DNA of 64,000 nucleotides from Ostrea edulis (Eukaryota): NCBI RefSeq assembly GCF_947568905.1, contig NC_079166.1, positions 88,474,001 to 88,538,000 of the forward strand, read 5' to 3'. Shown piece by piece: positions 20,539 to 32,292 of this stretch (position 1 is its first letter; each line of letters starts with the position of its first letter). The notes under the pieces were generated by a model. It saw only the letters and a program-made list of their open reading frames with translations, ran no database searches and was not told where the DNA came from. The position numbers and the translations under genes were made by a program.

Positions 20539-23500
20539 ATGGCGTCCTTCGTCTCCTCTCTATTAGCCGCCCTAGGTAATTAGATTCCCCGCGGTTTTCT
20601 TTGTTAGTGATTTGATTTTTTAAGTTTCTCTTTTGTCTTCATGTTTCTCTCGGATTTTATAGAATTCCAGCTTTATTATATTTTTTTTTGATGAAAATAT
20701 TGAGGTATGTTTCGTTGTTTCATTGTTTCGTTGTTTCGTTGTTTCATTGTTTCGTTGTTTCATTGTTTCATCATAAACTTTCAGTTTGCATCCTTGTAAC
20801 TTTTCGCATTTTTCACCCTCAGTAAAATTATTACAGATAAATGACTTTATTAGGAAAGAGAGCTTTCCCACTAGATATCTTAATGTTTCTCCAGTGATTC
20901 TGGTGGTAGTGGACTCCAAATGTCCGTTAGATTGGGTACAGATTGAGACCAACTGCATTCAGTTCAATAAGAACCAACACACCTGGACAGACTCAGCTGT
21001 AAGTATTCTACATTCAAAACCCAGCATTACTGTAATTCACATCTCATAAAACTTTGTCACTTATGTTTCCTATTCTCTCATCATTTTATTTTGGGATCAG
21101 CAGATTTCGTGTAGGATAATTTTTCGTGTAAGATAATTTTTCGTGGATTTCGTAAATACTCTTATTCCACAAATTTCAGATCACAACGGAAATACATGTT
21201 TTTGTAATTATTATTATAATTTGAATGCGCAAAGATCATACCATCCAAATTTTATTCCAACGAAACTATAAAAGCTCGACAGTCCACGACAATCCCCACC
21301 CCAACCGCGAATGTACCTAATTTCACAGAATGACGGGTGGATTGTTTATTAAAACACTCATACCATCCACCACGTTCACTTTCCCGAGAATCTAAGTAAC
21401 GAATTGATGAAATTTTAAATGTTTACTTTTGGATTTTTTTTTCTTCTAATCTTTTTTAGAATTTTTGTCGAAATATTGGTGCCCATTTAGTGACAGTGGA
21501 CTCCGAGGCGAAGGATAACTTCATCAAGCAGTTCCTCAACGCCTTCGCTAGTAAGTTTGATTCTACCTATTTCTGGTCCCTTAAATGGTAGTATATACTA
21601 TGCAGATTGAATTATTTCCCTGTCTGTCTCCCTAGCATGTCACATTCTCCATATCTTTCCGATCATAGTTATAAAACTCCCTTTGTAGCTATTCAAACTT
21701 AAAAACTAGATCTTACAAGTTTCGATATGCGTCGGAGTTATTGCTCTCAAGAGAGTAAGGCGCGAAAAAAAATGTTTTGTCGTTCAAAGAAGTAATAAAC
21801 GCACCTCCGACGCAAAAGAGCTACTAGTGCATTTTATTTCCTTTCATACACATGTACATGTATCTCTACATGAGTTATAACGTTTGAGCTGAAGAAGAAT
21901 GTTTCGTTGATTTATGCTTTATTTTCAAGAATGCTTTTTGTGAGATGAAAATGTAAACAAGACAAGAAAATGAGTGCAAGTCCATTACGGTATTTTGATA
22001 TGTTGCGGTGATCTTGTTCACTCGTTCGTATACTAAAGATCGTACAAAATGTGTGTTCCCTACTGCGATCATGTGCTCCTTTGGTTTGTCCTCGTGTTCA
22101 ATAATTACACAATTCAGTTTTCATCAAATTTCAAAACAGGGTTATCTTCTATAAATATGCGAATTGTTTTTGATTTTCAAACACATAAGGAAAAATCAAG
22201 ACTGGGGTCATTGAGGGGGAAGTCAAGATCAAAATCATTTAAGGGCAAAGATCGAGGTCACTGAAGTTGATAATGAACAGCATGATCACTGAAAAGGAAA
22301 ATAAAGATTAAAATAGCTGAAGGGTAAAATAAAGATCAAGGTCACTGAATAGGAGAGAAATATCAAGGTCACTAAAAGCGAAAGTAAAATCAAGGTCACT
22401 GTGGGGTAAGGTCCTACACATTCCTGCATTCTTGTTTCCATAGTAACTAGTACGCATTGGTTATTGGTTGTTGTTTTTTCCATCAGGTAGCAAACTACTT
22501 CCGTCTCATTGGTGGATAGGGGGAAGTGACTTCGCTGTGGAGGGAACTTGGCAATGGTTGACCGGAGGATCCGTCGGGTCTTACAGTGGCTGGGGCCCAG
22601 GCCAACCGGACGGAAACAACACTGCTAACTGTATGTCCTACAGATTCTTTAACAGAACTACCATTGGTTGGTCTGATGACCTCTGTGCTCCACACACTCA
22701 CCACGGACATCACAGCCATTTACCAGGATACATCTGCGAGAAACCGTGAGTCTTTATACTAGTAAATAGATGTGTAAACCTTTAGTGAAAAGTTGCGAGT
22801 CTTTACACAGAGTGTCCGGGTAGCGCAAAGTCAGCGCTCTCGCTTCTCACCGCTCCGACCCGAGTTCGATCCCCGTGATAGGCAGTGGTTGTATGTGAGA
22901 GGGTATGGCGGTCGGACACGTGGGTTTCCTCCGGGTACTCCGATTTCCTTCCACGTAAATGACCCCCAAGCGCAAACATCCGTGCATCAAACGACCCCAT
23001 TGGAAATAAGCTTTCGAGCTTTCATGGGTTATCCTTGGTATTTATGTATGTATGTTTTGTATGTACCGAATAAACATTTATTTTATTTAGTTAGCAATGT
23101 AAACCTTTAGCGAGAAGCCACAAGTCTATACACAGTTATGTAAAGCTTTCTCACAAAAGATAGACATATATAACTTCGCTTGTAACACACAATTTAATTG
23201 GTTTGATTAAGTTAGATAAATTCCTTTGATAGAAAATTCGTATTATCTTTTGTACAATTAATATATCATATTTTTGAAAATTATCCGCTTACGCTTTTTG
23301 CTTCAATATCTTTAAATGAAGACTTTTAAACAATTTACTATTATTCAAATGCTTTGTTGAAGATTACCAAACATAAGGCGTACATCATAAATCAACATCA
23401 TATAAAATCAATATGAATATAAAATCAGCATATCATGATGACGTACTACTGTATATGACATAATGATATGCATGAACAATCGTCAATCAGTTGTGATGTC

Positions 23501-23917
23501 TAGCGGTCGTTGTAGCAAGTGGTTTGCCACGTAAATCGGAGGTCGTGTGTACACTTATACAGTGGACACGTCAAACATGTGTAGGATTTGTTCCTTTGTC
23601 AAACGCTCGACATTTAGAAAAATTGAGAGTTTAGGGCTGAAGCTTTGTCACTGAAGGTGTTGGCACTATAGAACCTACTTTAACGAACTTCGGTGCCCTG
23701 CATGTGTCAAAAATTGTGACACTTTATGTATAGCTGGTGACGAATCAATATCAGTGAATAATGCTCGAAAAGACGTAAAACAAAAACCTGTGCTATATAT
23801 GTCATAGTCATCAATCTTTCATCATGTAGATGATTCTGTATCAGATTTATAAAACTGTTTGTTCTTCTCTTCAACAGATTGTCTGCATTTGCCTCTGCCT
23901 CTGTAGTCGTGGGATAA
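20539..23917 (+). CDS. Secreted single-domain C-type lectin (perlucin-like, QPD type), 176 aa, 5 coding exons
   Basis: Exons 20539-20575, 20895-20998, 21460-21550, 22487-22745, 23878-23917 (531 nt, same phases 1/0/1/2 as lectin 1). Protein: MASFVSSLLAALVILVVVDS-KCPLDWVQIETNCIQFNKNQHTWTDSANFCRNIGAHLVTVDSEAKDNFIKQFLNAFASSKLLPSHWWIGGSDFAVEGTWQWLTGGSVGSYSGWGPGQPDGNNTANCMSYRFFNRTTIGWSDDLCAPHTHHGHHSHLPGYICEKPLSAFASASVVVG. AATAAA follows at 23963. Confidence 0.92.
22812..23092 (+). mobile_element. tRNA-derived V-domain-like SINE in intron 4 of lectin 2
   Basis: GTGTCCGGGTAGCGCA...GAGTTCGATCCCC...GGGTTTCCTCCGGGTACTCCG; near-identical to 3300-3592 (-). Confidence 0.85.
23500..23785 (+). mobile_element. 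Old diverged tRNA-derived SINE
   Basis: Degenerate head (GGTCGTTGTAGCAAG...GGAGGTCGTG) and a 3' part resembling the 55712 SINE (CAAACGCTCG...GGTGACG...CTCGAAAAGACGTAAAACAA). Confidence 0.55.
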
Positions 23918-23962
23918 TGTATTTACCTACCCCGGGATACAGCTGATGTGAATGTATTTTAG

Positions 23963-23968
23963 AATAAA
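23963..23968 (+). terminator. Polyadenylation signal of lectin 2
   Basis: AATAAA about 46 nt after the TAA at 23915-23917. Confidence 0.6.
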
Positions 23969-24112
23969 ACATTTATCTATTTCTCCACTTGATGACAGAA
24001 AACAGTCCATGCTTTGTTTTGGCTTCCATCGCTATCATTGTATTCTTTATAGGATATTTGAGATTCATCACGGATCGTTATCCTCAACTTTCCATACAAC
24101 ATTACAGTAAAA

Positions 24113-25075
24113 GGTGAAGATAACGAACAGTGATCAATCTCATAACTCCTATAAGCAATACAAAATACAGAGTTGGACAAACACGGACCCCTGGATATAC
24201 CACAGGCGAGATCAGGTGCCTAGAGGGAGTAAGCATCCCCTGTCGACCGGCAACACCCGCCCTGAGCCGTATGTCTTGATCAGGTAAACGGAGTTATCCG
24301 TAATAAAATAGTGTGCAACGAACATCCTAACCACCAATATGAAACACGTTAGACAGCATCTGATCCAGTGATAGGTTGTACTAGCAAAGTAGATCATTAT
24401 AACGACCATAGAATTTGCGAAATGCTGATTTTAAACCAGACTGTAGAAACCACTGTAACATCTCTTTGTTTGTCAGTAGCCTGCCTTGATTTTCATGCAC
24501 AGAAAAAGCTCTTGTGTACCGAATCAATTGAGAGATACAAACACCATTTGCAGATAATAGTGGAATATTGCTATATAGGCATGGAAAGTTAACATTATCG
24601 CGTTTATCATACAGCTGAGTTGTCAGTATGCTGTTCATATTCATTTTCAATAATATATCTAAGAAAGAAACATATGTGAAGGACTACGTGGTGTCTTTTT
24701 ATCTCGAGTTCACTGGGATATATCGAATCGACATATGAAAGACAATGATTACTGTTAATAGATAAAACGTCGATATATCTAAATGTCAAGTTGAAAATCA
24801 CAGCAAGAGATTTTTTCTTCTCATGTAGAAAATTTTTGAATAAACTCTGCTTCATAAGAATATAGAAACAGGTCAGCTAACAAAGGAACACAATTCGTGC
24901 CCATGGGAATTCCAACAGACTGTTGGAAGACCTAATCACCAAAGACTACGACGATATTGTTAATGAGAAACTCCAATATATTTTTACTTCAACTTCATAG
25001 TACTTGTATGTGGAATCAGGGTGGTGTTTAACAAAGTAAATGTTTAGATGATGATCACTAAATATTTCCTTTTTC
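24113..25075 (-). mobile_element. Penelope-like (Naiad-type) RT fragment with 3' terminus
   Basis: Minus strand: FQQSVGIPMGTNCVPLLADLFL, FRYIDVLSIN, TTQLYDKRD, SQLIRYTRA, KSAFRKFYGRYNDL (ORFs 24381-24650 and 24607-24855), then the 3' tip. Confidence 0.92.
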
Positions 25076-25244
25076 CATTTTTTTTTTTGTTGTTGTTGTT
25101 GTTGTTGACAAAACAAATGTCTTTGGTGTCAAAAAGTCTAATCTTTCATTTATCGTGAGGAATGGTCACTTAAAGTGTTGAAAAGTCATACATTTTGATG
25201 TTGGTTTGAGAAATGTTTTGCTATTTCAAATTTACTAAAGGTTT

Positions 25245-25515
25245 TTTAGAAGTTTTTAGAATCCACATTTGATTTACACCACCTCTGGCATATGTTGTTA
25301 TACAATACGTTTGTTAGGCCGTTCTTGACACACGGATTCTGACTACGAATTACTCCGTTTACCTGATCAAGATATTGGACGCACGGTAGGTGTGACTGGT
25401 CGACAGGGGAGGCTTGCTCATAGCCACCTGATCCCACCTGGTATTTGTCTAACTCTATTTTGTATTCTATGTAGGAGTTATGGGGCTGTTCACTGTTCAT
25501 TATCTTCACCTTTTC
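25245..25515 (+). mobile_element. Penelope-like element 3' fragment
   Basis: GTTAGGCCGTTCTTGACACACGGATTCTGACTACG...GGAGTTATG...TTATCTTCACCTTTTC. Confidence 0.8.
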
Positions 25516-26237
25516 ATGCAGTTGACAATGTCTAAAAAATCGTTGTATACAAGCATTTCCTAATATATTTACCTAATGGTTGTAGACACGCTATTGATAA
25601 TATCTCCACATGAAATTAATTGATAATATCCATCAAAGATTTATAGACGCGCTGTATGAAATATCTACATTTGATTATGTTTCCACCTAAAGCCTGTGGA
25701 TACACCGTTGATGATATTTCAACCAGGAGCCTGTTGATAAGCCGTTGATGACATTTGTACCTAGAGCTGTAGGAATACCCTGGATATTGTTTTATACTTA
25801 AAGGTTGTAGACGGGTTCCATTAGGAAGTAAATGTAGATGAGAATGAAGTAATGCGTCTTAAGATGATTTGTGGGGTACAGCCAGACAAATGACCCAGCG
25901 TATGAGAGAAACCCTGCGAAGATGAAGAAAGAGAACAGTGATCAATCCCATAACCAGTTAGGGAAGGGAGATAAATAATGTAGCAAGCCAGGTAACGAAT
26001 ATATGTTACCTTTCTCCAAATAGCAAGGTATACCAGTAAATATGTGACGAATTTTCTCAGGTTTGAAGGAGTAACCTATCTGTGTCTTTTATTCGACAAG
26101 CGACGTAGCAAAAGGGAAAAGCGAATTATTCACTCAGCTTTGTAAGTTGCCCACCATTGGGAGTAAACTCTGTTTGGCAAATGAAACAAAAGAGCAGAGA
26201 AGCAAATGATTAAACGAATTCAAGTAAATGTATTTCA

Positions 26238-26520
26238 GTAGTGTGTCTGGTCACAGCGACAGGGTGTCCGCTAGCAGTGATACAGTTGTGCGTCTGGTCA
26301 CAGGGACAGGGTGTCCGCTAGCAGTGATACAGTTGTGTATCTGGTCTCAGGGACAGAGTGTCCGCTAGCATTGATACAGTAGTGTGTCTGGTCACAGGGA
26401 CAGGGTGTCCGCTAGCATTGATACAGTAGTGTGTCTGGTCACAGCGACAGGGTGTACGCTAGCAGTGGTACAGTAGTGTGTCTGGTCACAGGGACAGGGT
26501 GTATGTTAGCAGTGATACAT
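26238..26520 (+). repeat. 47-bp minisatellite (about 6 units)
   Basis: GTGTGTCTGGTCACAGGGACAGGGTGTCCGCTAGCAGTGATACAGTA repeated. Confidence 0.93.
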
Positions 26521-27165
26521 GTGTTCAATGAAAAGGAGATGATAACAGTTATCAATTTCTTAATGTCTATAATTAATACCAATACTCAGAGCAGGGCAAA
26601 CATGGACCCCTGGAAATGTCAGAGGTGCCTTGGAGGGGTAAGCATCCCCCCTCTTGACCTGCTTTTCATTTTGTATTCTTTGCAAGTTGATGAGATTGAT
26701 CACTATTCGTTTTCTTCGTTTTGTTTGTTTGTTCGCCTGTTTCCCAATGATGTAAGAGTATGCATGTAACTTGCATGTTGATTTTAACTGACACGTAATC
26801 CATCAACTCTTCTCAATCAGAGACTGCAGGAATTAATCATTTAATTGACCCGAAATAATCAGTCTGTTACATCGATTTTCTTTGCAAATAAATAAGACAC
26901 TTTCTAAATTAAAGTTTCATTGATAAATAGTGGCAATAATAACACAAAACATAACAAATACAAGTAATCAATTGGTCCCGCACACATATCAAATAAATAA
27001 TACTGATTGACTACAACCTCTGCGACAAGTAATATGATGCAATTCAAGCAGGTGCTCCATTTACTGAAAAACCAGTACAAAACATGTTCAAACAAAACAA
27101 CTTGTCTCACACACAGTATGAGGAATTCACGTTATAGAAGATGTCCTGGGACAGCCCTTCATTCA

Positions 27166-29062
27166 TTACTTAGGGGATCGCCAGGCTAGCATCTGTTCTG
27201 ACCTTTCCCGTTTGAGCTCTGTCTTACAGAGTTTCTTACAATGGAACTGCCTGACTCGACACTTCTTTCCACATTTCATGTAATTATCTTTGTACAAGAT
27301 AAACACCGTGTTTGTGCGGCAACTGCGCATGCATCTTATTGAGTCAATTAGACAGCTAGTCTGGCATCGATAAAAGCTAAACTTCTGACGGTGGAAGTTA
27401 ATGATGCGGTTCACCTTCTTGGTTATTTTAGAGACGGTGCTGACGGCTGAGGGTTTGGGTTGCGTTGGTGGTTTCTCCGGAGGCGTCACCGCTGGAGGCT
27501 CATCAATGCTAGCAATGGGGGTTGGCTCTGGAGCTTGTGTCGTGGGAACTGGAGCTTGTGTCGTGGGAACGACTGCACCAGAAGCGGAAGTCGAGACGGT
27601 AGCGTTTTGGTTTGACAAAAAGTCTGCAATGGGGGAATAGCCTCCACTCAATGGTGAGGAGACCACGGGCTTGGATATAACTAGGGACACAGAGGATGCT
27701 GAATTTGATAGAGACGCAGCTGCTGGTGTGGTCGAAACGAATGAAGAAGAAGAAGCTGCATTAGAAGGAACATTAGACACATCTGTTACAACGCTGGCAG
27801 AAGACTTTGCGTTGGCTTTTGAAAGAGCCCCATAAGAAAAGGTCGGAGATTTTGCCACAGCCTTTGGACTGAACGGAAGTCCACTTGAAAATACCTCAGA
27901 TGCAGACGAAATTGTGTTTGTCGCCGACTGTGCCGTGGAGACTGAGGAACCTGTATTAGAGGAAACCTCTGAGGCTGAAATCAAAACGTTGGATGCAGCA
28001 GAATTTGTTTTCTCTGGTGATGACGCAGATTCAGTCGCCAGAACAACGGAGGAAGTCTCCACGGGTCCGTTGTTTAATGAAGATGTGTCTGCAGAAAGAA
28101 TTTCCGGTTTTAAGGTGGAAGATGGAAGAGATGAGGCTGTCCGTGGTGTGGTCTTTTCTGACGGCTGTGGTGTTTCCTCGGTCTTTTGAATCACTTCCGG
28201 ATCCGTTTCTTCGCTGCTGTCGTCAGCGGATATCGGAATAGTGCAGGAGAGAAAGAGAACAGCACAGACGACTAGAAACTTCATTGCCTCCTGGAGAAAA
28301 ATGGAAAAGACAATCTTAAACATAAAGACGATGGACCCCAGTCGATTTGTGACACGGAAATTCTTAGACCATTTGACCATCGTTTGTATTTTGTATCTAA
28401 TTCTTTGTCTCCTCAAACGCTATGGTGGATGACCAAAAAAACTTAACGAATAAGTTCTCTAGTGACACATAGATCTGCAGAGAAATTTTAGTGTTTTACT
28501 AATACTGTAGACGTACAAATTAAATCTGTATATGCTCTGTATGAATGGTTAAAGTCTTCTAAAAGAATCTTTAAAATGATATATAATCATGTCACTTCGG
28601 GTTTTTTAAAATTTAAATCATTATGATACTTTGTCTAAAATACAAAAAAGTGTAAACAAAAAAAAAAAACAAAAAAAAAAAACAAACAAACAAAAAAAAA
28701 CTGTTGAAACATTCCATAGATATCAAAATCTTGTCTTCAGTTTTTTTCGCGGTGTTACTAATAAATATTCTAATAACATCTTTCAAGGATGGAAAAGCGT
28801 TCACTTTGCACTCTAAAACTGACTTAAAACTTTTTTTAAAAAATAGATAAATAAAAGAACACAGAATACAAAAATTAAATAATTAATAAATTCTGAAACA
28901 TATCAGCTGCTGTTGATTACTATAGATATACATGTGAAATAAAACTGAATTTGTCCCATCGTTGTGTCGATTCATCTACGATTTGATACAAAAAACTTAC
29001 TTTCTATATACATGTGTTGTAGCATATGACTATGGCAGTTGCTAAGAGAACAGACTTACCAT
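27166..29062 (-). CDS. Secreted Ser/Thr/Pro-rich protein with N-terminal DDSSEE and C-terminal 8-Cys domain (paralog A), about 375 aa
   Basis: The ATG ends exon 1 (29062-29060, AAAATG|GTAAG). Acceptor TTTTCTCCAG| precedes exon 2 (28290-27166), in frame: MEAMKFLVVCAVLFLSCTIPISA-DDSSEE...low-complexity linker...CQTSCLIDSIRCMRSC-x15-CGKKCRVRQFHCKKLC. The second ATG at 28284 is an alternative start. A clear paralog lies at 45117-45901. Confidence 0.88.
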
Positions 29063-29867
29063 TTTATAAGATGCAACAGACTATCCACTTCGTCTTAACA
29101 ATCCAGACATTTGCCTGCTTGTTCAAGAGATCAGCTGTTTTAATACCGTCATCAAAATTCTCTTATTCACCCCGCAGTGTCTTCCATCACGAGGTGCCCG
29201 GTGTTAATTCGCTTGTTAATTACATCACCGGGGCCCTGAGGTGCACATTGTGTGGAATTTAATGATCTGACATTAATCTTACCGAAATTAATAATTTATT
29301 TCGATTTTCAATATCAGGAAATTCACTTAGCGTTTTTTCTGTGCACTTTAAATTATTTGAGAAATGATGACCGAATGCATTTATGAATAAATATACATAT
29401 TTGATTTGTGATTAGGCTGTCATAAAGCCGTCCGCGTCCCTGGCACTGGCGGAGGAATTAAAGACATTCTTGTAATGTGAAGGCGCTTCGATCACTAATT
29501 AAATATCTACTGAATTCTTTTTTTATTATTATTTGGCATTTAATTGTGATTTTTTTTTGGTATTTGATTTTGACAGAAATATACCTTGTAATAAATGTTT
29601 AAGATTTTGATGTACAGTTCTTCAGTACAAACAACTATATAAAAAAGGAGATCACTATTAATAAAAGCTACTGTGAAATACTATAAACAATAACAAATGA
29701 AATGAACACTTAGGTATCGTTCATGTGCTATAATATATTTCCATTTCCATTGCTTTTACCTTCGATATCTATATCAATTAATGATAGCTATTCCCTCATG
29801 AATGTGAACAATGTGCGTATGAATCTTGATAAATATAGTACGACTATTTTAACGGCTGGGAATACTC

Positions 29868-30262
29868 CGACAAAAATGTATAGCAGGGCCCCTACTGGGC
29901 AGTCTGCACTATAAATCTACAACATCATCATCAACAAAAATGTATAGCAGGGCCCCTACTGGGCAGTCTGCACTATAAATCTACAACATCGTCATCAACA
30001 AAAATGTACAGCAGGGCCCCTACTGGGCAGTCTGCACTATAAATCTACAACATCGTCATCAACAAAAATGTATAGCAGGGCCCCTACTGGGCAGTCTGCA
30101 CTATAAATCTACACCATCATCATCAACAAAAATGTATAGCAGGGTCCCTACTGGGCAGTCTGCACTATAAATCTACACCATCATCATCAACAAAAATGTA
30201 TAGCAGGGCCCCTACTGGGCAGTCTGCACTATAAATCTACACCATCGTCATCAACAAAAATG
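29868..30262 (+). repeat. 64-bp minisatellite (6 units)
   Basis: AAAAATGTATAGCAGGGCCCCTACTGGGCAGTCTGCACTATAAATCTACAACATCATCATCAAC repeated. Confidence 0.95.
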
Positions 30263-30349
30263 AACGTAAAATGCAGAATTAAAAACAATAGATTTCATTT
30301 TTGAAAATACATGAGGATATAAACTGCGACGCTTCCGGCCGGAGTACGT

Positions 30350-30606
30350 CATGGAGCGCGTGCAGTTTACTCCTCATGAAGCACGTGCAGTATACTCTCC
30401 ATGGAGCCCGTGCAGCATACTCCTCATGAAGCGCGTGCAGTATACTCCTCATGAAGCGCGTGCAGCATACTCCCCATGAAGCGCGTGTAGTATACTCTTT
30501 ATGAAGCGCGTGCAGTATACTCTTCATGAAGCACGTGTAGTATACTCTTCATGAAGCGCGTGCAGTATACTCTTCATGAAGCGCGTGCAGCATACTCTTT
30601 ATGAAG
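30350..30606 (+). repeat. 25-bp minisatellite (about 10 units)
   Basis: CATGAAGCGCGTGCAGTATACTCCT repeated. Confidence 0.92.
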
Positions 30607-32143
30607 TCTGCTGGCGTAAAGCATCGGAGTTCGTGCCCTTAGATATTTTCAAAAATGCTATTTATTTAAATACATGTTGTGGATACCATATGTTTTTTAT
30701 ACACGTGGTGGTTGTTAGGATTTAATGTAATATCAAACAATGCAAGTCTAAAAAGAATTGTTATGATTTAATGTATCAAACAATGCAAATTAAGAAGAGA
30801 GAAAGTAAAGCTGCATAGGCGTGGCTTGGGTTCGAATATTACCGAGGCAGGGGGTCTGAAGCTATCGACATTTTAACAACGTAAAAGGTGGGGTTTTTTC
30901 TACCGAGGCAGCTGCCTCGGTTGCCTCAATGGAAGCTACGCCACTGAGCTGAGGTACAGTAGTTACACAATCATATAGACTACTCCATACAAGGTTATTT
31001 TCGTTCCGTGTTATTTTCGCCTAAAGAGAGATATGAGAGAAAACAGTTTCGCCCACTTTCAAATTCGCCCAGTGACAACGAGGGCGAAATGGACGATAAA
31101 GAAACAGGGACGAATATTTCCCTGTATATAAAATAGTTTGTTTCCTGTGACTTATGGAAAAGGTTGTTCGCAATTAAATAATGCATTTTGAACACTTTTT
31201 TTCTATATGAAATTTCATCAGACTTGACGTGGTGTCTTTGTTTCAATGCATTCTCTTTACTAGGTTTATTTTTTGTAGTTCAGTTTTCCTCTATAGTGGC
31301 GAAAAACAGGCGTTTATCTGGGTTTTATATTAAATACTGTAAGTTGAACAATATTTTAGGAATATTATTATTTTTAGAAGAAAAATTATTGTTAATCTAC
31401 CTGTATGTTTTTATTATATTTTAATTTTTGCATTTAATCTATAAATTAATAGAAATATTGTATGTGGAGTGATACACATGATCTTATCGATTTCATGAAA
31501 TATACATAAAAAGAAAGCCGTGAGGTTTAACATAATACAGGAGGTCGCTTGTGATCTGTCTACATACATGTAGAATAATCATTTTAAAAATATTTCTAAC
31601 AGGGTGAAAAAATCTAGTATTTGCATCATGATACACGTGTACATGTGTGTAAACATACAAAACTAAATTTTGAAGGATACCAAATAAATCTAAAAAAAAA
31701 AAATAAAAAAAATTGTTTGCTCTTTGTAAAATTTCGGTTTTGTTTTCAATAAGGCACATGTAAATAGGTCTGAATATTTACGACAACCACAAATCATCAG
31801 CACTTCCCGTTGTTTGACGACCACACGTTTTTGTTAATTGATGTCTCCGGCTGTCATGTGGTGCAAGTTACAAGGAGGCTTAATTATTAGAAAGATAATG
31901 AATTTACTTATTAATCAAATACTTATTAATGAAGGTTAATATAAGTTGTCTTTCAATTATCAAGGTCAAAGCACGACGATCAAGAAAGAGCATGTTGTCT
32001 TTAACAAATTGATAAATTTATAACGTTTGGTGCGGAGTAAGATTAAGCATTCATTTCAATTTCCTTTGTAACTTTTAAGAAGATACTTTAATTCAACATC
32101 AAAATAGTTGTAATCTAAAGTAAATTAATATCATAAATTCAAA

Positions 32144-32292
32144 NNNNNNNNNNNNNNNNNNNNNNNNNNNNNNNNNNNNNNNNNNNNNNNNNNNNNNNNN
32201 NNNNNNNNNNNNNNNNNNNNNNNNNNNNNNNNNNNNNNNNNNNNNNNNNNNNNNNNNNNNNNNNNNNNNNNNNNNNNNNNNNNNNNNNNNNN
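32144..32292. other. Assembly gap (N run)
   Basis: 149 N. Confidence 0.99.

Noticed and set aside
24113-25075. Selenocysteine-encoding Naiad (known from clams)
   Set aside because: All copies here are 5'-truncated and carry random stops and frameshifts. I saw no consistent in-frame TGA at Cys positions and could not identify a SECIS.
28285-28416. N-terminal 44 aa (MRRQR...) of the 416-aa ORF
   Set aside because: It lies upstream of a strong acceptor at 28291. The paralog has the same ATG|GTAAG first-exon layout, and the signal peptide only makes sense from the spliced start.
27401-28432. Plus-strand ORFs 27401-27640, 27914-28189, 27993-28241 and 28241-28432 (and 45367-45648)
   Set aside because: They are antisense shadows of the low-complexity minus-strand genes.
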